A DNA stretch of 64,000 nucleotides from the human T2T-CHM13v2.0 reference genome, Homo sapiens. A program made the position numbers and the translations under genes. The notes beneath the pieces are model-generated. The model was given only the letters and a program-made list of their open reading frames with translations. It did no database searches and was not told where the DNA came from. Shown one piece after another: positions 38,664 through 52,898 of the stretch. Position 1 is the first letter of the stretch. Every line of letters starts with the position of its first letter. The stretch is from assembly GCF_009914755.1 (NCBI RefSeq), contig NC_060935.1; one strand, given 5' to 3'.

Positions 38664-41600
38664 AACAGAAATCCAGGTTAGTGCAGAAACTTGGATAGCC
38701 ACATAAAGAATGGAAGACAGTGTTAGGCATCTACCACCCCATTCCCAAACCAAGATCTTCTGGGAACCAAGAAACACTTTTTCTTTCAGTGAAGAGGTAA
38801 GCAAAAGGATCCCAGCAACCCTTATCTACATATTATATCTTCAGACTTCACTATTATAATCTCCTACTGCCTGGATTCTACATAGCTGTGTTGCCTCAGA
38901 GAAGGAGCTGACAATCTGTCTCATGCCCTGTGGCCACATAGCTACTGTGCTATGCCATCTTGGTATTGGAATTACAACTGTAGTCTGTCTTGTTCTTGGG
39001 GCAAGTAGCCATGACATCCCTTCAACTTAGAGGTTAAGGCACGGCTGAATCACTCCAGCCTGGTGGCCCAAAATTCTTAAGCCATGCTGGAAGCAGCTGT
39101 TACATCTTACCGTGTGAGGCCAAACAGAGGTGGAGCTTCTATACCTATCCTTCCCTCTAGCACCTTGGGCCAGAACTGAAGCAATCTCCTGGGAAAACAG
39201 TACCTTAACCACTCAGAGCTGTCACACCTCCCAAATACCTATGCCAAAGTGAAAACCTGCATCTCAGGGAAAGAATGTATGGGCTTCTTAGAATAATCAC
39301 ATCCCCCAAGTCTGAACTCTAGCAGCATATTACCCACTTGGGGAATCAATGTCCTGGCTAAACTTGCCAACTGTGCCACGCAAGGCTGAGACGATGCAGT
39401 AGCCCACATCCCAAGGACGCAGACCAGTGGTCAAGCTGAGACACTCTGCCCTACAGGCAAAACAACTCTAGTACCCTGCTTCTCTGCATCTGGACTAGTG
39501 TCCTACAGTATGAGCTGCTGAGATACCCCACTTGCTGGAAAGTAAAATAATCACTGTGCTGCTTCCTGCCTCTTCTCACAGCCCAAGTGGCAGCTGCGCT
39601 CTGCCATTCTGGGCTACTTCCTTCCACTGTACCTGGCCTCACCAAATCTGGGATACTACTGAACCCCAACATCTCAAGGTTTATAGTCACAACTACAAAG
39701 TATCTCATCTCCTGGGACCTGAATTGCCAGAAAGGCTTACTAGTTCAAATTTCAAAATCGTAGATATACCCTGTTTCCTGGACCCAAACCTCCAAAATAT
39801 CTCCTTTTACACAGAGTCAGGGAAGGGCTGTACTCTGTCCATGAGGGGTAAAATTACAGCTAAAAACTAGTCCCCTGGGTCCAAGCTGCTGGTGAGCCTA
39901 GTGGGTGCCTCAGAGTCACATGTCCAGTCTCTGTGGGCAACCTATATGCAGCCCAGCCACAGAGAATGAACAAGGACCTCAAGACCCAGATGCCACAATA
40001 TGTTTGTAGGACCCTAAACTAGGACTCTAGCCACACTTTTGCTCCAACCAAGAACCTGAATTTGGAACTCAACTATTTGTAAGCCACGTCAGCTCTAACA
40101 ACAAAAGGAGTCCCCTTGATTAAGTATCCCCATTGTGGAGAAAATGATAATAAGAGAGATCCAAAACCTCTTGACACTGAGGGCATTAACAACATATGCC
40201 ACTGACACTGCTCCTATAAGCTGCTATAGCTGCTATAGCCTACTGAAGTGTCCATAGTCATTGCCAAAATTGAATGCACCTAAAGAAGTGGCATGGAATC
40301 TATACAACTATACCTACCCCAAAATAGAGCCACCATACTCTTTCCTAATGGCACACTAAAACCCAACTTCAGGTGAAAGTGGAAGAGGCAGTTGTTTCAT
40401 CATATTCACAGATGTCAACACAGGGAAACAAAGAAACATGAAAAACAAGAAAATATGACACCACCAAAAGAACTTTATGACTTTCTTGTATCAAATTCCA
40501 GTGAAAAGAAAATCAATGAAGTGCCAGAAAAAAATTCAAAATAATAATCATAAGGAAACTAAGATAAAAGAAAATATAGATAAGGAATTTAATGAAATCA
40601 AGAAATCAATTCACAATCTGAATGAAAAATTTAACAAAAAATAGAAATTAAAAATAAAAGCAATTCCTGCAGCTGAAGAATCTCATAAATAAAATGAATA
40701 GTCAATATAAAGCTGCAAGCAGAACGTACAATCTCTGAAGTTAAAGGTTATTTCAAATCACCTTCTCATAAAAATTAAAGAAATAAGAATAAAAATGAAA
40801 AAAAGCCTAAGATATATAGGACACCATTAAGTAAACAAATGTTGATATTATGGGAGTTTCAAAAAGAGAAGAAAAAAGGCAGAGGATAAGTTTATGAAAT
40901 GCTGGCTGAAAATTTCCCAAGTCTGTAGAGAGACATGAACATATAGATCCAGGAAGCTCAATGGTTCTCCAAAAGGTTCAACCCTAATAGGTCATTTATG
41001 AGGCATATCATAGTCAAAGTGTTAAGTCAGAGACTAGGAGAGAATTATACAAACACACAGACTAGTATTAAGTCACATAGAAGATAATCCCTATTAGACT
41101 AACAGTACATTTCTTCAAAGAAATCTTCCAGGAGAGGAGAGAATAGGATAATATATTCAAAGTGTTGTAAAAAATAGCAACCAATAATATTACATCCAGT
41201 AAAATTATCTGTCAGAAATGAGGACGAAGTAAAATAAAAAAGTCTTTCCCAGAGAAGCAAAAACCTAAAGAAATTCACCACCACTAGACCAAACCTACAA
41301 GAAATGCTCAAGGGAGTCCTACACCTAGAAGCAAATAGATAATAATAATTATCATCAAAAAACCTCAAAAGTATAAAACTCACTGGGAGTGCAGATATAC
41401 AATAAAGAAAGAGAAAGGGGTCAAACCTTATCACTACAGAAAACCACTCAAACACAATACAAGAGGAATACAATACATAAAACAATACAGAAGGAAGGAA
41501 ACAACAAAGGATACACAAAACAACCAGAAAAAAATAACAAAATAACAGGAATAAGTCTTCACTTATCAACAATACCCTTTAATGTAAACCAATTATATTC

Positions 41601-43622
41601 TTCTCTTAAAAGATATAGACTTGCTAAATAAGTAAATACATGACCCAACTTTATGCTGCCTACAAGACACTCACTTCACTTGTAAAGACACATATAGGCT
41701 AAAAGTGAAGAATTCAAAAAAGATATTCCACAGAAACAGAAACCAAAGCAAACAGGAGCAACTATATTCATATCTAAAAACAGATTTTAAATGAAAAACT
41801 ATAAAGAGACAAAGAAGGTCATTACATTGTATGGGAATCAATTTAGACACAGGAAGATCAATTTCAAATACATACACACCTAACACTGGAGCACATAGAT
41901 ATACAAAGCAAATATTATCAGATCTGAAATGAGAGATAGACTCCTATCCCATAAGAATTGGACCTTCAACAACATACTCTCAATATTTGACAGATCATTT
42001 AAACAGAAAATTAACAAAAATCATTTGATTTAGACTGCACTTCAGTAAAAATGGGCCTAACAGTTATTTACAGAGCATTTCATTGAAAAGATACAGAATG
42101 TGCATTCTTTCATTAACACACAGGACATTCTATAGGCCAGATCATGTGTTAGGACACAAAAAATCGTCTCAAGAAATTGAAAAGAATTGAAATCATATCA
42201 AACATATTTTCTAAACATAGTGGAATAAAACTAGAAATCAATAACCAGAGGAACTTTAAAACTTTTACAAATAAATGGAAATTAAACAGCATACTCCTGA
42301 ATAACCAATGTGTCAATGAAGAAATTACAAGGAAAATTTTAAACATTCTTCAAACAAATAAAAAATAGAAACACAATATACCAAGACCCATGAAATTCAC
42401 AAAGCACCTTAAAAAGAAAACATAGCAATAAGTATCTACATGATACATGTAGAAATAATTCGGTGTGATGGCACACACCTGTAATCATAGCCACTCAGGA
42501 GGCCGAGGTGGAAGGATCAGGCTGCAATGAGCTATGACCACACTACTAAACTCTAGCCTGGGTGACAAAGTGACATATTTTCTCAAAACAAAATGTAGAA
42601 ATATTTCAAATAAACAACATAACGATATATCTAAAGGACAAACTAAAACCAAGATAAAGGACAAACTAAAACAAAGATTAGCTGAAGGAATAAAATAGTA
42701 AAGATCAGAGCCCATAGAAACAAAATTGGTACTAAAACAAATGCAAAAGATCAACAAAATGAAAAGCCAGTTTGTTAAAAAGCTAAGCAAAATTAACAAA
42801 TTATTAAGTAAACAAAGAAAAAAGAGAGAACACCCAAATAAATAAAATCAGAAACAAAAAATGAGACATTACAACTGATATCACAGAAATAAAAGGTATC
42901 ATTAACAACTGTTATTAATACAAACAACTTTACACTGACCAATTAGGAAACCTCATAAAAATAGATAGACTCCTGGACACATATAAGCTGCCAAGATTGA
43001 ACCAAGAAGCAATGGAAAACCAGAACCAATTACAAGTAATGAGATTGAATCTGTGAGGAAAAGTCTCTCACCAAAGCAAAGGCCAAGAACCTAGGGCTTC
43101 ACTGTGGAATTATACTGAACATCTAAAAAAGAACTAGTACAAATTTATCTCAAACTCCTCCATAAAATTGAGGGGGAGAAAATTCTTTCAAACTCATTCT
43201 AAAGACTCACATTAACTTGATACCAAAGTCAGGGAGAAACACACGGAAAAGAAAACTACAGGCCAATATCCCTTATGAATACAGATGCAAAAATCATCAA
43301 TAAAAAACTAAATCCAGCAGCACATTAAAAAAATCATTCACCGTGATAAAGTAGGATTTATACAAAAGATGCAAGAATAGTTTAACATATGAACATCAAT
43401 AAAATATCATACATCACATCCACAGAATAAAGGGCAAAAATCAGATGATTATATAAATGGATGTATGAAAAACATTTGATGAAATTCAACATCCCTTCAT
43501 GATAAAAACTTTCAACAAGCTTTTTATACAAGGAATGTACCTCAATACAATGAATGTCACATGTGACAAATCCAAGCCAACATCATACTGCATAAGGAAA
43601 GCTATTGCTCTAAGATCTGGAA
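38664..43622 (+). mobile_element. Old L1 (L1M/L1PB-type): 5' region, decayed ORF1 and ORF2 N-terminal half
   Basis: ORF1-like and endonuclease-like remnants (FSKHSGIKLEINN, gaaaactacaggccaatatccc). Confidence 0.8.
42460..42592 (+). mobile_element. Alu monomer (FLAM/FAM-like) with TSD atgtagaaata
   Basis: Single arm; TSD at ~42447 and ~42593. Confidence 0.8.
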
Positions 43623-45790
43623 TGTATTAGTCCGTTTTCATGCTGAACTGTCTGAGACTGAGGAATTTATAAAGGAAAAAGGCTTAATTGTCTCATGGTT
43701 TGGCATTGCTGGGGAGTCCTCAAGAAACTTGCAATCATGGAAGAAGGTAAAGGGGAAGCAAGGCATCTTCTTCACAAGGTGGGAGGAAGGAGAAGTTCAA
43801 GAACAGGGGGAATAGCTCATTATAAAATTATGAAATCTCATGAGAACTCATTATCACAAGAACAGCATGGAGGAAAATGCCCCCATGATTCAGTTATCTC
43901 CATCTGTCTCTCCCTTGACACATGGGGATTATGGGAATTACAATTCAAGATGAGATTTGGGTGGGAACACAAGGTCTAACCATATCATTCTGCCCCTGGT
44001 CCCTCCAAAATTTCATGTCCCTTTTACATTTCAAAACCAGTTATGACTTGACAACAGTACCACAGAGTCTTAATTTATTCCAGTCTCATCTGAGAATTTG
44101 GACTTTGATGTCTGGATTAATTCTGAATCAATTAAGACTCTGGAAGACTGTTGAGATGTCCCCCAAAAGGTACAGGTCCCTTCTGCCTGTAAACCTGTAA
44201 AATCAAAAGCAAGTTAGTTATTCCTAAATACAATGGGATACAGGCATTGGGTAAATACCAAGTGGGAGAAATTGGCCAGAACAAAGGGGGAAAGGCCCAA
44301 TGCAAGTCTGAAATCCAGTGGGGAAGTCAAATCTTGAAGTTCCGAAATGATCTCCTCTGACTCCATGTCTTACATTCAGGTCACATGGATGTAAAAGGTG
44401 GGCTCCCATGGTCCTGGGCAGATCTGCCCCCATGGCTTTGCAGGGTACAGCCCCCCCTCCTGGCTGCTTTAATGAGCTGTCATTGAGTGTCTGTTGTTTT
44501 TCCTGGTGAACAGTGTAAGCTGTCAGTGGATCTACCATTCTGGGGTCTGGAGGATGGTGGCCCTCTTCTCATAGCTCCCCTAGGCAGTGACCTAGTGAGG
44601 ACTCCTTGTGAGGGCCCAACCCCACATTTCTCTTCTGTACTTCCCTAGCAGAAGTTCTCCATGAGGGCTCCACCCCTGCAGCAAACATTCCTGTAGATCT
44701 AGTCATTTCCATACATCTTCTGAAATCTAGGTGGAGGTTGCCAAACGTGTTCCTGACTTCTGTGCACCCACAGGCCCAACACCACGTGTAAGCCACCAAT
44801 GCTTGGGGCTTGCACCCTCTGAAGTAATGGCCTGAGCTGTATATTGGCACCTTTTAGTCAAGGCTGGGACACAGGGCACCAAATCCTGAGACTGCACAAA
44901 TCAGCAAAGCCCTGGGCCCAGTCCATGAAACCATTTTTTCTTCCTATGTCTCCTGGCCTGTGATGGGAGGGGCTGCCAATGAAGACCTCTAGCATGCCCT
45001 GGAGACATTTTCCTCATTGTCTTGGAGATTAACATTTGGCTCCTTGTTATTTATGCAAATTTCTTCAGCTGGTTTGAATTTCTCCTCAGAAAATGAGTTT
45101 TTCTTTCCTATCACATCATCAGGTTGCACATTTTTCAAAATTTTATGCTCTGCTTCTCTTTTAATCATAAGTTACAATTCCAAATCATCTCTTTGTGAAT
45201 GCATAAAACTTAATGCTTTTAAGAGCACCCAATTCACCTCTTGAATGCATTGCTGCTTAGAACTTTTTCCTTCCAGACACCCTAAATCATCTCTCTCAAG
45301 TTAAAAGTTCCACAGATCTCTAGGACAGGGGCAAGATGTCACCAACCTGTTTGCTGAAGCATAGCAAGAGTCACCCTTACTACAGTTCCCAAGAAGGTCC
45401 TCATCTTCATCTGAAGTCCATCTTCATCTCAGCCTGGACTTCATTGTCCATATCACTACCAGCATTTTGGTCAAAGCCATTCAACAAGTCTCTAGGAAGT
45501 TTCAAACTTTCCCACATCAGCCTGTATTCTTCTTCTTCTGAGCCCTCCAAACTGTTCCAACCTCTGCCTGATACCCAGTTCCAAAGACACGTCCACATTT
45601 TCAAGTGTCTTTATAGCAGCATCTCACTCCTGGTACCAATTTACTGTATTAGTCATTTTCATACTTCTATAACAACTGCCCAAGACTGGGTAATTATAAA
45701 GGAGAGTTTTAATTAACTATTGGTTCAGCATGGCTTGGGAGGCCTCAGAAAACTTACAATCATATTGGAAGGCAAATGGGAAGCAAGTAA
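43623..45790 (-). mobile_element. MaLR THE1D/MST-like element: LTR 43623-43987, internal region, truncated LTR from 45645
   Basis: tgtattagtc...accatatca termini; typical MaLR internal sequence. Confidence 0.88.
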
Positions 45791-46504
45791 TCTAACTGTT
45801 ATGCATATATTAGAGTTTTGATTAATTCATGTCTTTGCCAGTATTGCTAGCCTTTGAATTTTAGCAATTCTAATATATGCATAACAGTTTTTCATTATGG
45901 TTTTGATTTGCATTTTTCTGATGACCAATGATGTTGATTTTTCTATAATCTTGAAAAATCTTGAGTAAATTATTTTCAATTTTTTAATCTTTCTCTCTAA
46001 TTCTCACTCAATATTCAAGCTCCATATAAAATTTTATAAAAATAGAAAATATTCTCTACTTGTTTCAACCTATCACACTCAAGACTTTCAGGTCCATTTC
46101 AGCATTATTATTTAAATTACATTTTGAACATATCAACATATATTACCTCATAGTATTATTAGTTATTTTGTGCTTGCAGGGCTGAAATTCCCAATTAGAT
46201 TACTTATAAGTATAGCTAGACATTGTAGTATATATATTGAATATATAAATTGCACATTATCCCATCATATAATAAATATTAAATTAGCATAAGGATCAAT
46301 TAATAAATAAAAGTGATTTTAGATTTCTATTTCAGCTTGGGGTGGAAGGTGATATGAATATTGGGTGAGGAACATGACCTCATACTATTGTATGGTAATT
46401 TAGAAAAGTTTTATTTTTGAATCCTCAGAAAAATGTATGTTAAAGGGAAATTTTTCTATCCCCTTCCTCTTCTCTCTCCCAATTTCATGCATTGATCATA
46501 TCAT

Positions 46505-46620
46505 CTTTCCAGACATCTCTTTGCTTAGTATCTGGAAATGTTCTTTGGGGCAAAACTTAAATATATATGTGAATTCTGTTGATACATACACTTTAAATTC
46601 ATCATGGACTTCTCAAAACG
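46505..46620 (-). pseudogene. Vestigial caspase exon-4 homologue downstream of CARD18
   Basis: cccttacag|116 nt: (A)F*EVHDEFKVYVSTEFTYIFKFCPKEHFQILSKEMSGK|atgat; same length and phase as CASP1 exon 4. Confidence 0.7.
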
Positions 46621-46652
46621 CTGTAAGGGATAGGTTATAAAATGAATAATGA

Positions 46653-46910
46653 TTTTTTATTATACTTTAAGTTCTAGGGTACATGTGCACGATGTGCAGG
46701 TTTGTTATATATGTATACATGTGCCATGTTGGTGTGCTGCACCCATTAACTCATCATTTACATTAGGTATATCTCCTAATACTTTCCCTCCCCCCTCCCC
46801 CCACCCCACAACAGGCCCTGGTGTGTGATGTTCCCCTTCCATGTCCAAGTGTTCTCACTGTTCAATTCCCACCTATGAGTGAGAACATGCGGTGTTTGGT
46901 TTTTGTTCTT
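46653..46910 (-). mobile_element. Young L1PA 3' end, antisense
   Basis: ttattatactttaagttctagggtacatgtgcac... Confidence 0.92.
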
Positions 46911-47351
46911 TTAACCTCCCACACTTGACACACCATGCCATATCTCTTTCCATCAACTGGATGAAAGATAACTTTGACGTTGGTAGCAAAGAGTCTAAAT
47001 TCAAAAATGTAAACAGCTTTAGTTCTTGACTCACCTCTTGGAAGAGAGCCATTCACTGTTTAGAAATATTCTTTGTGAATTGCCTTGAGTAAGAAACACA
47101 TGTCTATCATGTTTGAGCCATAACACATTTTTGAATGAATTTATTACAAAATACAGAGAGAATTTTAAGGGTGCTTTCATCTTCAATAAATAATAATTCT
47201 CTTATAAATAATCAATGTATTTAAGATCTAGGTAAGCAAGGAGCTTATTTGTCTTATATATCCAAGTATTCTCAGTCAGTGAAACACTGTCCTGAATATA
47301 GTATATGTGCAGTAAGTTTTTATCTATTGAATAAATATTACTACTTTTTAA

Positions 47352-47497
<146 letters not shown>

Positions 47498-47499
47498 TC

Positions 47500-47960
47500 A
47501 CAGCAGAGGAAATGTATGATACTGTTAAGGCAACGGGTCTAAAATAGAGGTAGCAGGGGGATAAAAAATTGGTATACACTGGACTAAACAATAAGAACAT
47601 TTTCCACTGCTTGAATGCTGGAGTGCAAGAGAAAAAGAGTTCCCATGATTATTTGGAAGATTCTATTTGAAATGCTGAGTAGGTGGTTGTGCGATTTGCA
47701 GAAAGGGTAAATTGGAAGAGGAACATCTTTGGGGGAAGATGATGAGTTTAGCTTCGGGCATAATCAGTTTGAGATAATTAAAGAAGACCAATAGGCAGCT
47801 AAAGAGGGATGTTGGGAAATCAGAAGAGTGGTTTGGACTTGAGAATATGAGGTAGGAAAAGGTAGTCTATAGATGAAACTTAAGCTATGGGAATGGATGA
47901 GATGGTTCAAAGACAGCATCTCTTGAGTAAGGCTGAAAGGCTGAGAATCAATCCCTGAGA
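47500..47960. mobile_element. L2 fragment
   Basis: ggaagatgatgagtttagcttcgggcat...gggaatggatgagat. Confidence 0.55.
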
Positions 47961-48063
47961 AATCTCCATTTTCCTCTCCATCAATTGACTATGTGGATCA
48001 GTGGTTAATACTAAAGGAGATGGGCTCAAGGGGTATACTTGCTCTGAAAATGCCCTTCATTAC

Positions 48064-48125
48064 CGTAAAGAAAGGAACCACTGCTAAGAAGCCTTGCATC
48101 CTGTGTTCATTTATAGAATGAGACT
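48064..48125 (-). pseudogene. Vestigial caspase exon-3 homologue downstream of CARD18
   Basis: ttcctcag|62 nt|gtaatg; (E)SHSINEHRMQGFLAVVPFFT; flank cagtcacttatca matches the CARD17 exon-3 flank tagtcacttatca. Confidence 0.7.
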
Positions 48126-48846
48126 CTGAGGAAAGATGATTGCTATTAAAACAGTCACTTATCAATCCTGAAGATTATTCTCCCAAATACACTGTGTATT
48201 TTTCACTAACAATTCCTTTCATTGTCTAGCCGATTATTCATTTCAAGCTGTAACTATCTGGAAATAATGGGATTTGCTGATTAATGCCTTAAAATGAAAA
48301 TCATCTCTAGAAATAGGTATGTTTTCATAACTCCAAAACTGACCAAAACCACATAAGGAGTATTTTCACCATGGTGCTGTCCATCTCAGAGGTGACTGAG
48401 CTATGAGAAAAAAAAGAAGAAAAAGTGTATGTAGAAGAAAAAGTCATCTCCACTGGGAATCCAGCCTTGCAAAGATTTATTACAGAAGAAAGTAGTTAAG
48501 TGATTCTCTTTCTTTCACCCAAACACAGGGTACCTACCTCCAGCATGAAAACTTAGATAAATGAGTGAACTTACTCAGAAGAACATGTTTAGAGATTAGG
48601 GATGTTTAAAGATCAGGGATTACAGAATTCATACAACTCACAGAAACTTTTGCTCTTCTTTTGGGAAAAGGCAGTTAATAGAAATGTCTCCTTGATCCCT
48701 GAATCACAAATACTTGTGAAAATCAATAATATTTTCCCCTAAGTCTTGAAAATTTTCAAAAAAAAGTCAATAAATATTTGCTAAGATGTCTATGATATGC
48801 CAGGTTCTATGCTTGACACTGAGGCTAAAATAATAAACAAAAATTA

Positions 48847-49213
<367 letters not shown>

Positions 49214-50689
49214 TTAAAATAAAAAATAGAACCTCTTCCAATCTATGATAGGTGTTATGATCAGGAGGTAAGTGACATTATTTATGCCATGTATGGATGT
49301 CTTGAATACACAGCCATTAATGTCACAGCTCCCTCTTAGCTTTGTGGTATTGGGCAAGTTATCTCTGAAAAGTGGGACTAAGTTATACTAATTGTAATAA
49401 TTTAATAAGGCTGTTGTGGAGAATAAATGAGAAGATACTAAGTGCTGACACACAGTAAAGACCTCCTTGAAAGCTAGCTGTTATTAGAAAAGCAAATAAT
49501 CAGAAGAATGCAAGCCAGTCAGTGTCAATAAATGCTTCCATAGGGCAGTGACATCTGACTGCATCATAAAAAGTTAGGCATGGGTTGAAGAGAAGAGCAT
49601 TCTGATAAGAGGAAATAGAGTGAGATGGGAAATGTGCAGACATGGAAATTAGGAAAGAGTCTGCATCAAGAGCTTAGCACTCCACTCCACAATGTTAATG
49701 CACTCCACGAGGAGGCTGGATAGGTAAGGAGGCCACAGAGAATAACATTTGTTGGTCGTGTTAAAGGCCAACACGGGAAAGCTATTGCTTTGTTTTAAAT
49801 AGAGGTGTAACTTACATGCCCCCAGAATTGTCTGGCTCCAACAGTGGTGGCTCCAAAATACTTTTGTGAGAAGAGCTTATGGATGATTATCTGGTTGAGG
49901 TAGGGGAGATTCAAGAGAAGTAAAGGAATTGTTTTGAACTGTGTGTTTTTGTTTTGTTTTGTTTTAGATTCCACTATTTGATCTAGATATACGTTTACTA
50001 GGGTTGACTGAAAACACATTGTGTTTAGCTACTTTTCGGCTTCAGGGGATCAAGTCAGGTTAGGTAGTAAAAAAGACTCACAGATTGAGCTACTCCTTTA
50101 AGTCTTTCGTTTCAGTGACCTCGCAGACATCACTGCTCATTGCCTGTTGCTGTCCAGCATAAATTATCCCAGGTTCTTAGCAGGGGCACTAATTGACTCT
50201 AACAGCTTTACTGAAGGTGAGGATACTCATGAGCTGCCCTAATCCTCACATAAATTATATAGGCTGGACAGACTTTTACAGTCTTGATTTGATTATTTAT
50301 AGGTTTTGTACTTTATATGGAGTTAAAGAAAAATTATATGGGTTATGATTTTTATTCCCTGGACTTTTATCCTTTACTCTGTATCATGATTCTATGTCTC
50401 TATAAAGGAATATACCAATAAAATTATTATACATGCAGGAAAAATGTATTTCTTGCTCATTCATTGGCAAGAACTGGGCTTAGCCCTTTGTAAACCCATT
50501 TCATTCTTTCAAAGACTCTATGTGGATGGTGTTTTTAATTCCTTTTTACATATAAGGAATTTGTGCCACAAAAAGGTTAAGATAATTTCCAAATGATCAC
50601 TGAGCTTATGACAGACCTATCTTCACCTCAAACTTGTTCCCTTGAATACTGAGCATACTGCCAAACTACACTCAAAATGTAAATCCCTG

Positions 50690-51040
50690 TGTATTATTCC
50701 GAGACAATATCTGAAACTGGGCAATTTACAAAAGAAAGAGGTTTAGTGGACTTACAGTTCCACATGGCTGGGGAGGCCTTACAATCATAATAGAAGACAA
50801 GAAGGAGCAAGTCACATTTTACATGGAGGGCAACAGGCAAAGAGAGAGAGCTTGTGTAGGGAAACTCCCATTTTTAAAACCATCAGATTTCATGAGACTT
50901 ATTCATTGTTACAAGAGCAGCATAGGAAAGACCTGTCCCCGTGATTCAGTTATCTCCCGCAGGGTCCCTGCCACAACACGTGGTAATTATGGGAGCTACA
51001 AGATGAGATTTGGGTGGGGACACAGAGACAAACAATATCA
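50690..51040 (-). mobile_element. THE1B/C-like solo LTR
   Basis: tgtatt...aatatca; 5-bp TSD ccctg/ccctc. Confidence 0.88.
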
Positions 51041-52024
51041 CCCTCAAAATGTGTTTTCTCAAATAAACCAGCTGATTGCAAATGAGAATAGCCCTAACCT
51101 TAATCACTTATCTCAAATAAACACTTCCGGTCAGTGGCATATACCTCTTCTGTAGAAGAAAGTAACAAACATTCCCATTTACTGTATTTGGTGTCAACCT
51201 ATAATAATTATTTTCTCCGTAATTTATGGCTGACAAATTCAGAAAGGAGAGGAATCACATTAAGTTTTATTTTAGTTTGCTAAAGAGCTTGGAAAAAGTG
51301 CACAAACCTAAAAAATTCAGGAAATTCTTTTGGCCTTTGTTCCTGGCACCCAATGCTTTGTTAGCACCTATGCCAGAAATTTTAGAAATTGACATGAGCT
51401 AACAAATTAGAAGACATCCTGAGGCATCTAGAAGACAATGCTTCATTATTTAACACTATATACACAGGGAAAAGACAGCTTAAGCATAATTAATAGCCAG
51501 TGTTTTGCTCTGAAGGGTGCAAAGCGATGACATGCCATCACACTATCTTGACTCCACAAATCTCCATTCCTCAGACATTAAGTCATATCTTGTTTCACCC
51601 TGCCCATGTGGACTTGAAATGCTATCAGTGCTTTTATGAACACTTTTTTTGTGGAAGCCTGATGTCTGGCAATGGAGTATCTGCCATGGATTTTTCTCTA
51701 TTATTTTCCCAGAAAGGAAGTTGTGTTTATTTTGTTGAGTAATTGTCATAGACCTGGGTCTGAACAACTAGATAAGAACATTACAAAGAAGCAACGCTAT
51801 TTAAAATTCTGAGCTGGGACTTCATTTTATTCCCATCACAGCAGACTCTCAGTGCTAAAAGCACCAAAGTAAGCTGTACATGTCTCTACAGGATTGCAAA
51901 GGAACTAAACAGAAAGGAAGGGAAAGGGAGGGACTTTCTTAATTACATTACAATCATCATGACCTTCATTATTATTGATGAATTATCCTCTGTTGGTATG
52001 AGGAGAGAAAGAATAAGAAGAAAG

Positions 52025-52184
52025 TAATATGAGAGAATGAAAGATTTATTGGAAATTGATGAAATTAATCAGGTTTGAAAAAAGCACTGTTGTTTTGTTT
52101 TGTTTTTTTCTTTCACGAGAATATCTTCTCCCTTGGAAGAAGCTCTGGGAAGTCTCTGAAGTGCTCCAGAGTTCCATCTTCTCT
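52025..52184 (-). other. CARD18: CARD18 non-coding exon 3 (3'UTR)
   Basis: Acceptor ttttctccctccacag at 52185-52186; AATAAA at 52045-52050, with further AATAAA at 51826-51831 and 51726-51731. Confidence 0.75.
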
Positions 52185-52898
52185 CTGTGGAGGGAGAAAA
52201 GTGGTATTGGAATGGGCCAGCTCAGATACAAGAGCCTGCATCTGGGCTCTTAGGAGGCCTAGAAATACAAAGGGATAGGCTACAGAGAATGGTCTGTAGA
52301 CTAGCCCCATGCAAGTAGACCATATTACACAAAAGAAAAGGCAAAGGAGATGACTTCCAACGAGAATCCATATATAATTTCATGCAAATATAATTATTTA
52401 GTGCATATTTAATTTTATATACACACTCAATTTATTCTTTGACAATTCCATCATCATTGTATATTCTGAAAAGTACTTAATAGGGAGATGGGGTAAGAGC
52501 AGGGTGGTAGGTACAAAAAGAGCTTATACCTTCTCTTCTAATAAATACATGGGCTTCTTAGGCTCAAGAGGGAGTGATATTGTACATTGCTCCCCAGGAC
52601 CATTAAAAGATTCAGGATAAAACATCTAGGCTCTTTAAATGAACTACAGTAATGATCTACCACCTACATAGAATTAGAGATGAGCTGTGGTCAGCAGGGA
52701 GTACTGAGAGAACAGGTACAAGGGACACAAAAACGTAGACAGAAGAGACATAAGCTAGAGCCATGCATAAAGGAATGGAGTCTGAGGCTAAAATGATAGG
52801 AACCCTATTATCAACTGACAAGACAAGTGAAGAAAATCATAACTGAATTCAAGATACAGGGCCTATTTGGACATTAGGTTGAATCATTCCACCTTACC

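Noticed and set aside
45790-46500. Searched for a fossil exon 5 (IYP motif) after the exon-4 fossil
   Set aside because: None seen; only AT-rich sequence and an antisense L1 fragment
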